A DNA stretch of 64,000 nt from Halarcobacter sp. (lineage in GTDB: Bacteria > Campylobacterota > Campylobacteria > Campylobacterales > Arcobacteraceae), in contig CP182352.1 in the NCBI GenBank assembly GCA_048571215.1, positions 64,001 to 128,000 of the forward strand. Reading direction: 5' to 3'. Numbering within the stretch: position 1 is the first letter of the stretch; each line of letters opens with the position of its first letter. Position numbers and translations under genes: made by a program. Under the pieces are notes generated by a model. The model was not told where the DNA came from. It did no database searches and was given only the letters and a program-made list of their open reading frames with translations. This document shows positions 49,207 through 60,487 of the stretch, piece by piece.

Positions 49207-50619
49207 ATGAAAAAATTAATATATATAATAATACTTTTAATCTTACCAATTTATTTATCTGCAATAGAAGATAAAGTTTACAAAGTAGCTATAACAAAGG
49301 ATTGGAAACCTTATTATTTTATAAATGATAAAGGTAAACCTGATGGTTATGGTGTAGAACTTTTTGAAAATATTGCAAAAAATCTTAATATCAAATATAA
49401 ATATATAGTAGTTGACAATTTCAAAGATTTGATTGATCTTTTTAAAAACAATGAGGCTGATATTATTCCAAATATAGGGATAAGTCAAAAAAGAGAAAAC
49501 ATATTTTTATTTAGTCAGCCAACAGATACCTTTCTTATAAAAATCTATAAAAGAAAAGAGACTAAAAATATAAACACAAAATATGATTTAATAAATAAAA
49601 AAGTTGGTGTTGGAAAAGAGAATATCTGTAATAAAATTATTGATAAAAGTATTACAAAAAAGAAAGTAGTTTATGAAAACTATAAAAATTTAATTAAAGC
49701 ATTAAATGACAAAAAGATAGATGCCTTTTGTTATCCAGAAACTTTGATTCAAAAAGCTAATTATAAAAATATTATACCTTTAGATAGTGCATTAAAAGAG
49801 ATAAAAAGAGGCTTTGGTATTGTAAAACATGAATTTGATTTACTCCCACGTATAAATGATGAGATTACAAATATAAAACTAAATGGAAAGTTTGAAAAAA
49901 TACATAGCAAATGGTTTAAAAATAAGAAATATATAGAGTTAACAAAAAATGAAACAATATTTTTAGTTGTAAGTTTTTTTGGTGTAATTTTTACCTCTTT
50001 TGTACTAATGTTATATTTTATAAATAAGAAAAAATGGTTAATTACAAAAGATATGTTAATAGATGAAGTAAATAAAAGAACTAGAGCTTTACAGATTCAA
50101 AATCAGAGATTAAAAAAAATACATAGAAAACTAAAAGAGCAAACAAATAAAGATGCCCTTACAAAAATATATAATAGAAAATTTTATAATCAAAAGATAA
50201 AAGAGATGATATCTTTATATAAAAGGTATAACCAAACTTTTTCTTTTTTGATATTTGATATTGATAATTTTAAAAAAGTAAATGATACCTATGGTCATGA
50301 TAAAGGTGATTTAGTTTTAAAAGAGGCAACTAAAACTGTAAATGAAGCTATTAGAACCAATGATTATTTTTTTAGGATAGGTGGAGAAGAGTTTGTTGTT
50401 TTACTTTCAGAAACTAATTTAAGTGATTCTAAAGAAGCAGCAGAAAAGATTAGAGTCCTTATCTCTGAAAAAGTTAATTGTATAGAAAATGAGATAATAA
50501 CTATTAGTATTGGATTAACAGAAATCAATAAAGATGATGATTGTTTATCTATTTTCAAAAGAGCAGATAGACTACTTTATGAAGCAAAAAGGGATGGGAA
50601 AAATCAAGTTAAATCTTGA
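49207..50619 (+). CDS. Diguanylate cyclase with a periplasmic binding-protein sensor
   Basis: PBP domain, TM segment, DALT, DIDNFKKVNDTYGH, RIGGEEF. Confidence 0.93.
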   Translation: MKKLIYIIILLILPIYLSAIEDKVYKVAITKDWKPYYFINDKGKPDGYGVELFENIAKNLNIKYKYIVVDNFKDLIDLFKNNEADIIPNIGISQKRENIFLFSQPTDTFLIKIYKRKETKNINTKYDLINKKVGVGKENICNKIIDKSITKKKVVYENYKNLIKALNDKKIDAFCYPETLIQKANYKNIIPLDSALKEIKRGFGIVKHEFDLLPRINDEITNIKLNGKFEKIHSKWFKNKKYIELTKNETIFLVVSFFGVIFTSFVLMLYFINKKKWLITKDMLIDEVNKRTRALQIQNQRLKKIHRKLKEQTNKDALTKIYNRKFYNQKIKEMISLYKRYNQTFSFLIFDIDNFKKVNDTYGHDKGDLVLKEATKTVNEAIRTNDYFFRIGGEEFVVLLSETNLSDSKEAAEKIRVLISEKVNCIENEIITISIGLTEINKDDDCLSIFKRADRLLYEAKRDGKNQVKS

Positions 50620-50625
50620 TAGAAG

Positions 50626-50652
50626 AAGGTCAAAATATTAAATCTTGACCTT
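50626..50652. terminator. Hairpin between the convergent DGC and prpF genes
   Basis: AAGGTCAA...TTGACCTT. Confidence 0.5.
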
Positions 50653-50665
50653 GTTTTAATTGTGA

Positions 50666-51844
50666 TTAGTCCATAGTCCCAGCAGGAACAAATACATTAC
50701 CTTCCATGATAATTCTTGCACTTCTACTCATACTTGCTTTTTCAACTTTATATTTACCATCTTTGTTAGTTAAAGCAGCACCTACTTTTAAAGTTCCAGA
50801 TGGGTGTCCAAAGTTTACATCATCTTTTTCTCCCCCACCAGCTGCAAGATTTACCAATGTTCCAGGAACACAAGCTGCAACTCCAATAGCAACAGAAGCT
50901 GTTCCCATCATGGCATGGTGTAGTTGTTGCATAGATAAAGCACGTACGTGTAAATCAATTTCATTTGCTTTTATTGTTTTTCCAGTTGATGTAGTAAAAT
51001 CAGATGGTGGTGCGACAAAGGCAACTTTTGGTACATGTTGTTGAGTCTCTGCATCTTTTGGGTTTTTCATAAGTCCCATTTTCATAGCACCTGCTATTCT
51101 AATTGTTTCAAATCTTTTTAATGCTTCAACATCTGAGTTAATATCCCCTTGAAGTTCAGTTCCTGTGTATCCTATATCTTCTGCATTTAAGAAAATTGTA
51201 GGAATACCAGCTGTTATCATAGTAGCTTTAAAAGTACCAATACCTGGAACTTCTAAATCATCTACTAAGTTACCAGTTGGAAATAACTCTTCACTTGGAT
51301 CAACAGGTTCAACAAACTCTAATTTAATCTCTTCAGCTGGAAAAGTAACTCCATCGATTTCATAATCACCTATCTCTTTAACCATTCCATCTGCCATTGT
51401 TACATAACAAAGTATAGTTTTTTTGATATTTGCTTGCCAAATTTTTACACAACAAACACCGTTTTGGGGTACATTGTCAACTAAACCCTCTTTTATAGCA
51501 AAAGGACCAACTGCACTTGATAAGTTTCCACAGTTTCCAGACCAATCCATAAAATCTTTATCAATAGCAACTTGACCAAAGTAATAATCAACATCATGTC
51601 CTGGAACTTCACTTTTTCCTACAAGTACAGTTTTTGATGTACTAGATGTTGCACCACCCATACCATCTATTTGTTTTTTATAGGCATCAGGGCTTCCAAC
51701 AATTCTTTGTAAAAGTTTATTTTTTGCTTCTTGATTCTCTTGTGCCTCTTTAGGTAAATCAGCTATATTAAAAAATGTTCCTTTAGAAGTTCCACCTCTC
51801 ATATATGTAGCTTTTACTTTAAATTGTGGCTTATAATTACTCAT
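50666..51844 (-). CDS. prpF: 2-methylaconitate isomerase
   Basis: YMRGGTSKG, DGMGGATSSTSK, GNCGNL, HHAMMGT. Confidence 0.96.
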   Translation of the reverse strand: MSNYKPQFKVKATYMRGGTSKGTFFNIADLPKEAQENQEAKNKLLQRIVGSPDAYKKQIDGMGGATSSTSKTVLVGKSEVPGHDVDYYFGQVAIDKDFMDWSGNCGNLSSAVGPFAIKEGLVDNVPQNGVCCVKIWQANIKKTILCYVTMADGMVKEIGDYEIDGVTFPAEEIKLEFVEPVDPSEELFPTGNLVDDLEVPGIGTFKATMITAGIPTIFLNAEDIGYTGTELQGDINSDVEALKRFETIRIAGAMKMGLMKNPKDAETQQHVPKVAFVAPPSDFTTSTGKTIKANEIDLHVRALSMQQLHHAMMGTASVAIGVAACVPGTLVNLAAGGGEKDDVNFGHPSGTLKVGAALTNKDGKYKVEKASMSRSARIIMEGNVFVPAGTMD

Positions 51845-51915
51845 TGCTTTTCCTTAAAAAATATTTTAAAACTTTTTAAAAATATCATCTGATTTCTTTA
51901 AGAAGTTTTATAAAT

Positions 51916-51945
51916 CATAAAAAGCATCAAAAGATGCTTTTTATG
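51916..51945 (-). terminator. Hairpin after acnD
   Basis: CATAAAAAGCATC-AAAA-GATGCTTTTTATG. Confidence 0.65.
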
Positions 51946-51951
51946 GATTTG

Positions 51952-54543
51952 TTATTTAGATGCAATTACATCTTTAGCGAATTTTTGTAAAATACCACCA
52001 GCTTTATAAACTTCAACTTCTGCAGAAGTATCAAGTCTACATAAAACTGTAAATTCAACTTTTTCACCATTTGCTCTTGTCATTACAACTGTTAAATCAG
52101 TTCTAGGTTTAATATCTCCAACAATATCAAATGTTTCTGAACCATCTATATTATAAGTGTGTCTAGTTTCACCCTCTTTAAACTGTAATGGTAAGACACC
52201 CATACCAACTAAGTTAGTTCTGTGGATTCTTTCAATTGATTCAGCAATAAGAACTTCAACACCTGCAAGTCTTACACCTTTTGCAGCCCAGTCTCTTGAA
52301 GAGCCTTGACCATAGTTAGTACCTGCTATGATAATAAGTGGTTGTTTTCTTTGTGTATATGTCTCAATAGCTTCCCACATTCTAGATTCAGTACCCTCTG
52401 GCATAATTTTTGTCAATGAACCTTGTTTAACATTTCCATTTTCATCTTTAACCATTTCATTAAATAGTTTTGGATTTGCTAAAGTTGCTCTTGAAGCTGT
52501 ATTGTGATCCCCTCTATGGGTTGCATAAGAGTTTAAATCTTCAACAGGTAATCCCATTTTTAAACAATACTCCCCCGAAGCACTTGTTGGTAAGATTGCA
52601 TTTGAAGGTGACAAGTGGTCTGTTGTGATATTATCAGGGAATACACCTAAAGGTCTCATCCCTTTTAATTCTGGCATTCCCATAAATTCATCTTCCCAAT
52701 AAGGTGGTTTTTGAATATATGTAGAGTTAGAATTCCAGTTATAAAATGGGTCGATTTTAATATCAGCTAAAGGATTTCTTGCAAACATTGGGTCATAAAT
52801 TTCACCAAACATTTCAGGTTTTACAGCTGATTTTTCAATTGCGTCAATCTCAGCATCACTTGGCCATAAATCTTTTAGAGTAATAGGATTTCCATTTTTA
52901 TCAGTTCCTAAAGAATCTTTTTCAATATCAAATCTAATAGTTCCTGCTAGTGCATATGCAATTACAAGTGGAGGTGAAGCTAAAAATGCCTCTTTTACAT
53001 ATGGGTGGATTCTACCATCAAAGTTTCTATTTCCAGATAATACAGCTGTTGAATAGATATCATTATCTACAACCTCTTTTTGGATAGCTGGGTCTAATGC
53101 TCCACTCATACCATTACAAGTAGTACATGCAAAACCAACAATACCAAATCCAAGTTTTTCAAGCTCTGGTAAAAGACCTGATTCTTTTAAGTAAAGTTCT
53201 GCAACTTTTGAACCTGGTGCTAAAGATGATTTAACCCATGGTTTTCTTGTCAAACCAAGCTCATTTGCTTTTTTAGCAACTAAACCAGCAGCAATAACAT
53301 TTCTTGGGTTTGAAGTATTTGTACAAGATGTAATTGCAGCAATTAAGATACCACCATCAGGAATTTTATCCCCATCTTGTTTCCATTCTTTTGTAATCCC
53401 TTCTGATTGTAAAGTAGAAGTTGGAACTAATTTATGTGGTTTAGAAGGTCCAGCTAAAGATCTTGTGACACTTGTTAAATCAAATGTTAAAGTTCTAGCA
53501 TATGTTGCATTTTTGAATGAATCTGCCCATAAACCATTTGCTTTAGCATAAGCTTCAACTAACTCAACTTGTTTTGGATCTCTACCTGTAATTTTTAGAT
53601 AATCAATAGTTTTATCATCAATTCCAAACATTGCAGCACTTGCACCATATTCAGGAGTCATATTAGAAATAGTAGCTCTATCTCCTAGGTTTAGGTATTG
53701 AATCCCTGAACCAAAGAACTCTAAATATGCTGAAATTACATCGTTTTCTCTTAAAAATGAAGTTAAAGATAAAGCAATATCAGTTGCAGTAATACCAGGA
53801 GCTCTAGTCCCTATAATTTCAACACCAATTATATCAGGTACTCTCATATATGAAGGGTTTCCAAGCATTACATTTTCAGCTTCTAATCCCCCAACACCAA
53901 CAGCAATAACACCAAGTGCATCAACATGAGGAGTGTGTGAGTCTGTTCCAACCAATGTATCTGGACTTGCAATCCCATCTATATTGTGAACAACTGGAGA
54001 CATTTTTTCAAGGTTGATTTGATGCATGATACCATTTCCTGGAGGGATAACATCTACATTGTTAAATGCCTCTTTAGTCCAGTTAATAAAGTGGAATCTA
54101 TCTGCATTTCTTCTATCTTCAATATCTCTGTTTTTTTGAAATGCATCTGGGTCATATCCACCACATTCAACAGCTAATGAGTGATCAACAATAAGTTGAG
54201 TAGGAACAACTGGATTTACTTTTTCAGGATCTCCCCCCTCTTTAGCGATAGCTTCTCTAAGACCTGCTAGGTCAACAAAAGCAGTAAGACCTAAGATATC
54301 GTGACAGATTACACGTGAAGGAAACCAAGGGAAATCTTTGTCAGTTCTTTTTTCAATAAGTTGAATAAGTGAATCTTTTAAATCTTCACTTGGACACTTT
54401 CTAATTAGGTTTTCTGCTAATACTCTTGAAGTATAGTTTAGTTTTTCAAAAGAGCCAGGAGTGATATCTTCAACAGCAGCTTTTACATCGTAATAGCTTG
54501 TATCAAATCCTTCTAGCTTTTTTAGATATTTTTCATTTGTCAT
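51952..54543 (-). CDS. acnD: Fe/S-dependent 2-methylisocitrate dehydratase
   Basis: CHDILG, VDHSL, GTDSHT, AITSCTNTSNP, ACTTCNGMSG, GSSRDWAAKG; lies between prpC and prpF. Confidence 0.95.
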   Translation of the reverse strand: MTNEKYLKKLEGFDTSYYDVKAAVEDITPGSFEKLNYTSRVLAENLIRKCPSEDLKDSLIQLIEKRTDKDFPWFPSRVICHDILGLTAFVDLAGLREAIAKEGGDPEKVNPVVPTQLIVDHSLAVECGGYDPDAFQKNRDIEDRRNADRFHFINWTKEAFNNVDVIPPGNGIMHQINLEKMSPVVHNIDGIASPDTLVGTDSHTPHVDALGVIAVGVGGLEAENVMLGNPSYMRVPDIIGVEIIGTRAPGITATDIALSLTSFLRENDVISAYLEFFGSGIQYLNLGDRATISNMTPEYGASAAMFGIDDKTIDYLKITGRDPKQVELVEAYAKANGLWADSFKNATYARTLTFDLTSVTRSLAGPSKPHKLVPTSTLQSEGITKEWKQDGDKIPDGGILIAAITSCTNTSNPRNVIAAGLVAKKANELGLTRKPWVKSSLAPGSKVAELYLKESGLLPELEKLGFGIVGFACTTCNGMSGALDPAIQKEVVDNDIYSTAVLSGNRNFDGRIHPYVKEAFLASPPLVIAYALAGTIRFDIEKDSLGTDKNGNPITLKDLWPSDAEIDAIEKSAVKPEMFGEIYDPMFARNPLADIKIDPFYNWNSNSTYIQKPPYWEDEFMGMPELKGMRPLGVFPDNITTDHLSPSNAILPTSASGEYCLKMGLPVEDLNSYATHRGDHNTASRATLANPKLFNEMVKDENGNVKQGSLTKIMPEGTESRMWEAIETYTQRKQPLIIIAGTNYGQGSSRDWAAKGVRLAGVEVLIAESIERIHRTNLVGMGVLPLQFKEGETRHTYNIDGSETFDIVGDIKPRTDLTVVMTRANGEKVEFTVLCRLDTSAEVEVYKAGGILQKFAKDVIASK

Positions 54544-54612
54544 TGTTATATCCATTTTTATAATTTAGATTATCTACTATATGTAGAATTTGCATAGTTT
54601 TTTAGTTTAAAA

Positions 54613-54631
54613 CCCCTCTTAGAAAGAGGGG
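54613..54631 (-). terminator. Hairpin after prpC
   Basis: CCCCTCTT-AGA-AAGAGGGG. Confidence 0.6.
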
Positions 54632-54641
54632 AGAAGATGAA

Positions 54642-55751
54642 TTATGCTCTGTCTTCTAAAGCAACAAAGTCTCTTGGCTCTGGACCTGTATAAGTTGAAC
54701 CTGGTCTGATAATTCTATTATTTGCTCTTTGTTCAAATGCATGAGCAGCCCATCCAGCAGCTCTTGACATAATGAATAGTGGAGTATAATATAATCTTTC
54801 GATTTGCATATAGTGATAAATTAATCCACCAAAGAAGTCAATATTGTCTGGTAAACCTTTATCAGCTTTTACTTTATCTCTAATCGCTTTTGCAATATCA
54901 AATAGTTTTGGATCTGAAGTTGGAAGCTCTTTTAATTCTTTAGCTAATTCAAAACCAATTGGTGATCTTGGATCTAAGTTTCTATAAACTCTATGACCAA
55001 ATCCCATGATTTTTTCTTTTCTAGCAAAAATCTCATCTACTTCTTTTAATGCATGTTCAACATTGTCAAAACCAAGTACAAACTTGATTGCAACTTCATT
55101 TGCTCCACCATGTAAGTGACCTTTTAAAGTTCCAATACCAGTTGTCATACAAGAGTATACATCTGAAAGTGTTGAAGCTGTAATTCTGTTTGCAAATGTT
55201 GAAGCATTGAACTCATGCTCAGCATATAGAGTTAACATAGCATTCATAGCTTTTACTTCTACTGCTAAAGGTTTTTTCTCTTTTAATCTTTCTACAATAT
55301 ATCCAGCCATAGTTTTTTCATCAGATTTTAATTCAATCTCTTTACCATTTACATGGTAGTGATGCCAATAAACTAAAAATGATGGGAAAGCCCCAAGTAA
55401 TCTTAAGATTTTATCCATTTGATCAGAAAAATCTTCAGCTTCTGGTTCCATACAACCTAAAGCTGATGTTGCAGTTCTCATAACATCCATTGGGTGAGAT
55501 GATGCTGGAAGTGCTTTTAATACATCTTTAACACCTTGAGGTAAATCTCTACCTGCTTGGATTTTAGCCATGATCTCTTCTTTTTGAGCTACAGTTGGCA
55601 ATTCACCTTCTAGTAATAAATATGCTACCTCTTCAAAATCACATTTTAATGCTAAATCTGCAATATCATAACCTCTATAGTTTAAACCATTTCCTAATCC
55701 ACAAGTACAGATTGCTGATTCTCCAGCGATAACTCCTGCTAATCCTGCCAT
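54642..55751 (-). CDS. prpC: 2-methylcitrate synthase
   Basis: YAEHEFNASTF, LHGGANE, IMGFGHRVY, NIDFF; prp operon context. Confidence 0.93.
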   Translation of the reverse strand: MAGLAGVIAGESAICTCGLGNGLNYRGYDIADLALKCDFEEVAYLLLEGELPTVAQKEEIMAKIQAGRDLPQGVKDVLKALPASSHPMDVMRTATSALGCMEPEAEDFSDQMDKILRLLGAFPSFLVYWHHYHVNGKEIELKSDEKTMAGYIVERLKEKKPLAVEVKAMNAMLTLYAEHEFNASTFANRITASTLSDVYSCMTTGIGTLKGHLHGGANEVAIKFVLGFDNVEHALKEVDEIFARKEKIMGFGHRVYRNLDPRSPIGFELAKELKELPTSDPKLFDIAKAIRDKVKADKGLPDNIDFFGGLIYHYMQIERLYYTPLFIMSRAAGWAAHAFEQRANNRIIRPGSTYTGPEPRDFVALEDRA

Positions 55752-55809
55752 AATTGTCTCCTTTTCCCTATTTTAAATTAGATTTTTGTTTTTAAATTTT
55801 TTGTTAAAT

Positions 55810-56694
55810 TTATTTTGCTTTTCCCTTAGCAAAAAGTGCATCCATTTTTTGTTCATAATCATGGTAACCTAACATATCATATAGTTCCATTCTAGTTTGC
55901 ATAGTATCTAAAGTACTTTCTTGTGTACCTTTTTCTCTTAATTCTTTATATACATGTAGTGCAGCTTTATTCATTGCTCTAAATGCTGATAATGGATAAA
56001 GAACCATTTCGATACCAACAGAACCCAATTCTTCAGTTGTAAACATTGGAGTTGCTCCAAATTCAGTAATATTTGCTAAAACTGGTACAGTCATTTGATC
56101 TGTAAACTCTTTGTACTCTTTTAGAGTATGAATTGCTTCAGCAAAAATAGCATCTGCTCCAGCTTCAACATAAGCTTTAGCTCTATCTACTGCTGATTGT
56201 TGACCTTCACTTGCATGTGCATCTGTTCTTGCTATGATATAAAAATCAGGATCTAAGTCCATTTTTGCATCAACAGCAGCTCTGATTCTATCACACATCT
56301 CTTCAGTTGAAACCAACTCTTTGTTTGGTCTGTGTCCACATCTTTTAGCAGCAACTTGATCTTCAATATGTAATCCAGCAGCACCAGATCTGATAAATTC
56401 TTTAACAGTTCTAGCAACATTAAATGCATGTCCCCAACCTGTATCAGCGTCAACGATTAATGGAGTATCACAAATTGAAGTTACTCTTCTAATATCAATA
56501 CATACATCTTCAATCATAGTCATACCTAAATCTGGTAAACCATAAGATGCGTTTGCTATACCTCCACCTGAAAGGTAAATAGCTTTAAATCCTACTTTTG
56601 TAGCTTGTAATGCTTGGTAAGCATTAATTGTTCCAACAATTTGTAAAGGAGTTTCTTCTTTTAAAGCTTCTCTAAATTTTTTTCCTGCGCTCAT
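55810..56694 (-). CDS. prpB: Methylisocitrate lyase
   Basis: [29 protein letters not shown]. Confidence 0.97.
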   Translation of the reverse strand: MSAGKKFREALKEETPLQIVGTINAYQALQATKVGFKAIYLSGGGIANASYGLPDLGMTMIEDVCIDIRRVTSICDTPLIVDADTGWGHAFNVARTVKEFIRSGAAGLHIEDQVAAKRCGHRPNKELVSTEEMCDRIRAAVDAKMDLDPDFYIIARTDAHASEGQQSAVDRAKAYVEAGADAIFAEAIHTLKEYKEFTDQMTVPVLANITEFGATPMFTTEELGSVGIEMVLYPLSAFRAMNKAALHVYKELREKGTQESTLDTMQTRMELYDMLGYHDYEQKMDALFAKGKAK

Positions 56695-56869
56695 ATAATA
56701 TCCTTATTCGTAATGTAAATAACATTATACATGAGCTAAAGATTCTTGTAGTGTATAATTATTGTTTTAGAAATTGCAACTTTTTTAACTAAACATATAA
56801 TTTGTACAATATTTGTTCTTATGTATGAAAGTGGTACAATAAAAAATAAAAAAAATTTAAGGTTGTGAA

Positions 56870-57847
56870 ATGACATATAAAAATGGAATAGAGAAATTCA
56901 TAGAGATTTTTAAACGTTCAAATTTAAGTATATCAAAATTTGCTAATTTGATAAATAAAGATAGAAGAACAGTAACTTCATGGATTGATAATATTTCTGA
57001 TATAGAACCAAATGATGATGTGAAAAATAAAATTTGCAATATCTTTAGATACCCTGATTTTATTTGGGAAGAGGGGTGTAGTGGAGAAGAGTTTATTAAA
57101 TCTATTACACAAATTCCCCAAAAAGAAGTAAGGATAATCGATGAGGATTATTATGGAAGATTGAAATATATCATGGATCTTGAAAAAAATAGAAGATTTG
57201 TTATCCAAGCTCAGTTTCCAGGACCTATGTATAGAGATACAGCAGTAAAAAGAGTATATAGAACAAAAACAAGTACAGAGATTGAGGAATTAAAACAAGA
57301 AAGAATTAAACAGATGCTTAGGTATGATTATGATACTACAGAGTGGTATTCTATCAAATCAGTATTGAGTTTTTGTTTTGCAAGTATTGGGAATTTTTAT
57401 ACAAAAGAGGAAAAAATACAGATATTAGAGTTGATTTATGAACTATTTAATAATAACTACAACAAAAAGCTATTTTTGTTTGATTCTTTTTCTAGGAAAA
57501 TTTATGGGATGGAGACAACCTACATCTCTATAAATGTAAAACAAAAAATACTTTTTTTTAAATCTCCTATTGAGTCTGTTTTTATAGAGATAAGAAATAG
57601 GAATCTAGTAGAAAGGATGCATAAATACTACTCTTCACCTATAGAAGCCCCTAGCCATGTAAATTTTTTAGAATCAGTTAAAATTATAAAAATCCTAGAA
57701 GATGCAGTTAGATATAACAATGGTATAACTCAAGCCTATGAGACTATCAATAGAACTACAGATTATGGGGAACTATTTTATAATAACTTAAGTGTTGATT
57801 TACAAAAAGAGGTTAGCAAACCAAAACAGGGACAAAGAAGAAATTAA
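56870..57847 (+). CDS. XRE-type HTH domain protein, putative regulator
   Basis: N-terminal LSISKFANLINKDRRTVTSWID helix-turn-helix; divergent from prpB. Confidence 0.65.
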   Translation: MTYKNGIEKFIEIFKRSNLSISKFANLINKDRRTVTSWIDNISDIEPNDDVKNKICNIFRYPDFIWEEGCSGEEFIKSITQIPQKEVRIIDEDYYGRLKYIMDLEKNRRFVIQAQFPGPMYRDTAVKRVYRTKTSTEIEELKQERIKQMLRYDYDTTEWYSIKSVLSFCFASIGNFYTKEEKIQILELIYELFNNNYNKKLFLFDSFSRKIYGMETTYISINVKQKILFFKSPIESVFIEIRNRNLVERMHKYYSSPIEAPSHVNFLESVKIIKILEDAVRYNNGITQAYETINRTTDYGELFYNNLSVDLQKEVSKPKQGQRRN

Positions 57848-58464
57848 TGGATTATTTGAATCAGTTTTTATTAATAGCAGTTGCCCATGTATTTGCTATG
57901 ATGTCTCCGGGACCTGATATTGCAATTGTTTTAAGACAAAGTATAAGTTATGGAAGAAAAGAAGCCATACTAACTGCACTTGGTATTAGTAGTGGTATTG
58001 TTGTTCACTTAACTTATATACTTTTAGGTTTTGGTTTAATAGTATCAAAATCTGTGTTTATATATACAAGCCTTAAATATTTAGCTGCTTTTTATTTAAT
58101 TTATTTAGGTATAAAAATATTAAAATCAAGCACTTATAGGATAGATGATAATATAGAAAAAGCTTCAATGAGTAATTTTAAAGCTTATCGTATTGGTTTA
58201 TTTACTAATCTTTTAAACCCTAAAGTTACACTTTACTTTTTAGCTTTATTTACAGTTGTTGTAAAACCTGATACTCCATTTAATATACAATTTTTTTATT
58301 GTTTGTTTTTTGTTTTTGGAACATTTTTGATTTTTTCTATATTCTCTTATATTTTTAGTGCAAATAGAGTAAAAAGTTTTTTTAACTCTTTTGGAAAGTA
58401 TTTTGATAGAATTATGGGAATATTTTTAATTTTATTTGCACTTAAATTGATTTTTGGTGAGTAG
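57847..58464 (+). CDS. LysE/RhtB-family translocator
   Basis: SPGPD, GLFTNLLNPK; hydrophobic. Confidence 0.92.
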   Translation: MDYLNQFLLIAVAHVFAMMSPGPDIAIVLRQSISYGRKEAILTALGISSGIVVHLTYILLGFGLIVSKSVFIYTSLKYLAAFYLIYLGIKILKSSTYRIDDNIEKASMSNFKAYRIGLFTNLLNPKVTLYFLALFTVVVKPDTPFNIQFFYCLFFVFGTFLIFSIFSYIFSANRVKSFFNSFGKYFDRIMGIFLILFALKLIFGE

Positions 58465-58526
58465 ATGACATCAAGCTTTAAAATGTTAAAATACAAAAAT
58501 CAATTATAGTTTACTAAGGGATAATT

Positions 58527-59390
58527 TTGAAACAGTATTTAGATTTACTACAGCATATATTAGATAATGGTATAAAAAAAGAGGATAGAACAGGTACAGG
58601 TACTTTATCTGTTTTTGGTTATCAAATGAGATTTGATTTAAGTGAGGGCTTCCCTTTAGTTACTACAAAAAAGACCCATCTAAAAGCTATAATAAGTGAA
58701 CTTTTATGGTTTATTGAGGGTAGTACAGATGAAAGAAGATTAGCAGAGATTCATTATGGTCAAAAAAGAGAAGAGCTCATTGGTAAAAAAACAGTTTGGA
58801 CTGCTAATGCAGATTGTCAAGGTAAAAATTTAGGGTATACAAATACAGAAACTATTAAGGAGTTGGGACCTGTATATGGTTCACAATGGAGAAGTTGGGA
58901 AGGTGTTGATGGTAAAAAACTTGATCAACTTGCACAACTAATAGAACAAATAAAAACAAATCCTGATAGTAGAAGACTTATCTTAAATGCATGGAATGCT
59001 TCTGAAATAGAGAAGATGGCTCTACCTCCATGCCATACTTTTTTTCAGTTTTATGTTGCAAATGGAAAATTATCTTGTCAGCTATATCAAAGAAGTGCAG
59101 ATGTATTTTTAGGAGTACCTTTTAATATTGCTTCTTATGCACTTTTAACTATGATGATAGCACAAGTTTGTGATTTAGAACTTGGTGACTTTGTTCATAC
59201 TTTTGGTGATGTGCATATCTATTCAAATCATATAGAGCAAGTAAACTTACAGTTGTCACGAACTCCTTTTGAAAAACCAACAATGAAAATCAATCCAGAT
59301 GTAAAAGATATAAATAGTTTTAAAATGGAAGATTTTGAGCTTGTAAATTATAAATGTCATGAAGCAATAAAAGCACAGATGGCTGTTTAA
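58527..59390 (+). CDS. thyA: Thymidylate synthase
   Basis: [46 protein letters not shown]. Confidence 0.97.
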   Translation: MKQYLDLLQHILDNGIKKEDRTGTGTLSVFGYQMRFDLSEGFPLVTTKKTHLKAIISELLWFIEGSTDERRLAEIHYGQKREELIGKKTVWTANADCQGKNLGYTNTETIKELGPVYGSQWRSWEGVDGKKLDQLAQLIEQIKTNPDSRRLILNAWNASEIEKMALPPCHTFFQFYVANGKLSCQLYQRSADVFLGVPFNIASYALLTMMIAQVCDLELGDFVHTFGDVHIYSNHIEQVNLQLSRTPFEKPTMKINPDVKDINSFKMEDFELVNYKCHEAIKAQMAV

Positions 59391-59406
59391 AACAAAGGTA
59401 AGAATA

Positions 59407-59910
59407 ATGAAAATATCAATGATAGTAGCATATGGAAAAAATTGGGAAATAGGTTTAGATAATCAAATGTTGTGGCATATTTCTGAAGATTTTAAAAATT
59501 TTAAAAATATAACCTCAGGACATCATTTGATAATGGGTAGAAAAACCTTTGAATCGATTGGAAAACCTTTGCCAAATAGAACCTCAATTGTTTTAAGCAA
59601 GACAGGCTTTAGTTGTGAAGGTGTTTATTCATTTTCTGATATTCAAGAAGCCTTTGATTTTGCTAGAAGTTCAGGTGAAGAGGAGCTTTTTGTGATTGGT
59701 GGAGCTAATATTTATAAAACTTTATTTCCTTTTGTTGATAAATTGTATCTAAGTGAAGTTGATTTTGAAGGTCTTGCTGATGCGTATTTAAATCCTATAG
59801 ATTTCTCAAATTGGGATTTAGTTGAACAAAAAGATTATGAGGCAATAGTTGAAGATGGGAAAATAAAATCCCCTTCATGGAAGTTCAAAGTTTATATAAA
59901 GAAAGACTAA
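59407..59910 (+). CDS. folA: Dihydrofolate reductase
   Basis: IGLDNQMLW, IMGRKTFESIGKPLPNR, VIGGANIY. Confidence 0.95.
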   Translation: MKISMIVAYGKNWEIGLDNQMLWHISEDFKNFKNITSGHHLIMGRKTFESIGKPLPNRTSIVLSKTGFSCEGVYSFSDIQEAFDFARSSGEEELFVIGGANIYKTLFPFVDKLYLSEVDFEGLADAYLNPIDFSNWDLVEQKDYEAIVEDGKIKSPSWKFKVYIKKD

Positions 59911-59916
59911 AAGTAA

Positions 59917-60486
59917 ATGGGTAATCCAAGGGAAAAACTACTTCAAGTTGCATTTGATGAGATTTATCAAAATGGTTATTCTGCAACTTCTATTGATAAA
60001 ATTTTAAAAAAAGCAAATATGAACAAAGGCTCAATGTATCACTTTTTTAAATCTAAAAAAGACTTAGCCCTTGCAGTTATAAATGAAAAGATAAATGCTT
60101 ATATTGAAGATAAATATGCTGTATTGTTAAATTATGAAGAAAATATTTGTGATGAGATGATAAAAATGATCAAAGATAGAAAGAACTTTGATTTTGCTTG
60201 TGGTTGTAAACTAAACAATCTTATGCAAGAATTGTCTCCTATAGATAAAGATTTTAAAGCAGCTTTAGAGATTGTTTACACAAGATTTGAAAATATTTTT
60301 GAAAAAGTTTTGGATAATGCAATTGCAAAAAATGAAATCTCACATAATGACACAAAGGCACTTTCAATGTATATAGTTGCCTCAATAGAAGGCTGTATTG
60401 GAACTGCAAAAAAATCACAAGATGGAAAATATTTTCAAACTTGTATCTCTCAACTTGAATTGTTTTTAAACTCATTAAAAAAATAA
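59917..60486 (+). CDS. TetR-family regulator (NemR/LmrA-like GC...N C-terminal domain)
   Basis: GYSATSIDKILKKANMNKGSMYHFFKSK; GCKLNNL. Confidence 0.92.
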   Translation: MGNPREKLLQVAFDEIYQNGYSATSIDKILKKANMNKGSMYHFFKSKKDLALAVINEKINAYIEDKYAVLLNYEENICDEMIKMIKDRKNFDFACGCKLNNLMQELSPIDKDFKAALEIVYTRFENIFEKVLDNAIAKNEISHNDTKALSMYIVASIEGCIGTAKKSQDGKYFQTCISQLELFLNSLKK

Positions 60487-60487
60487 T

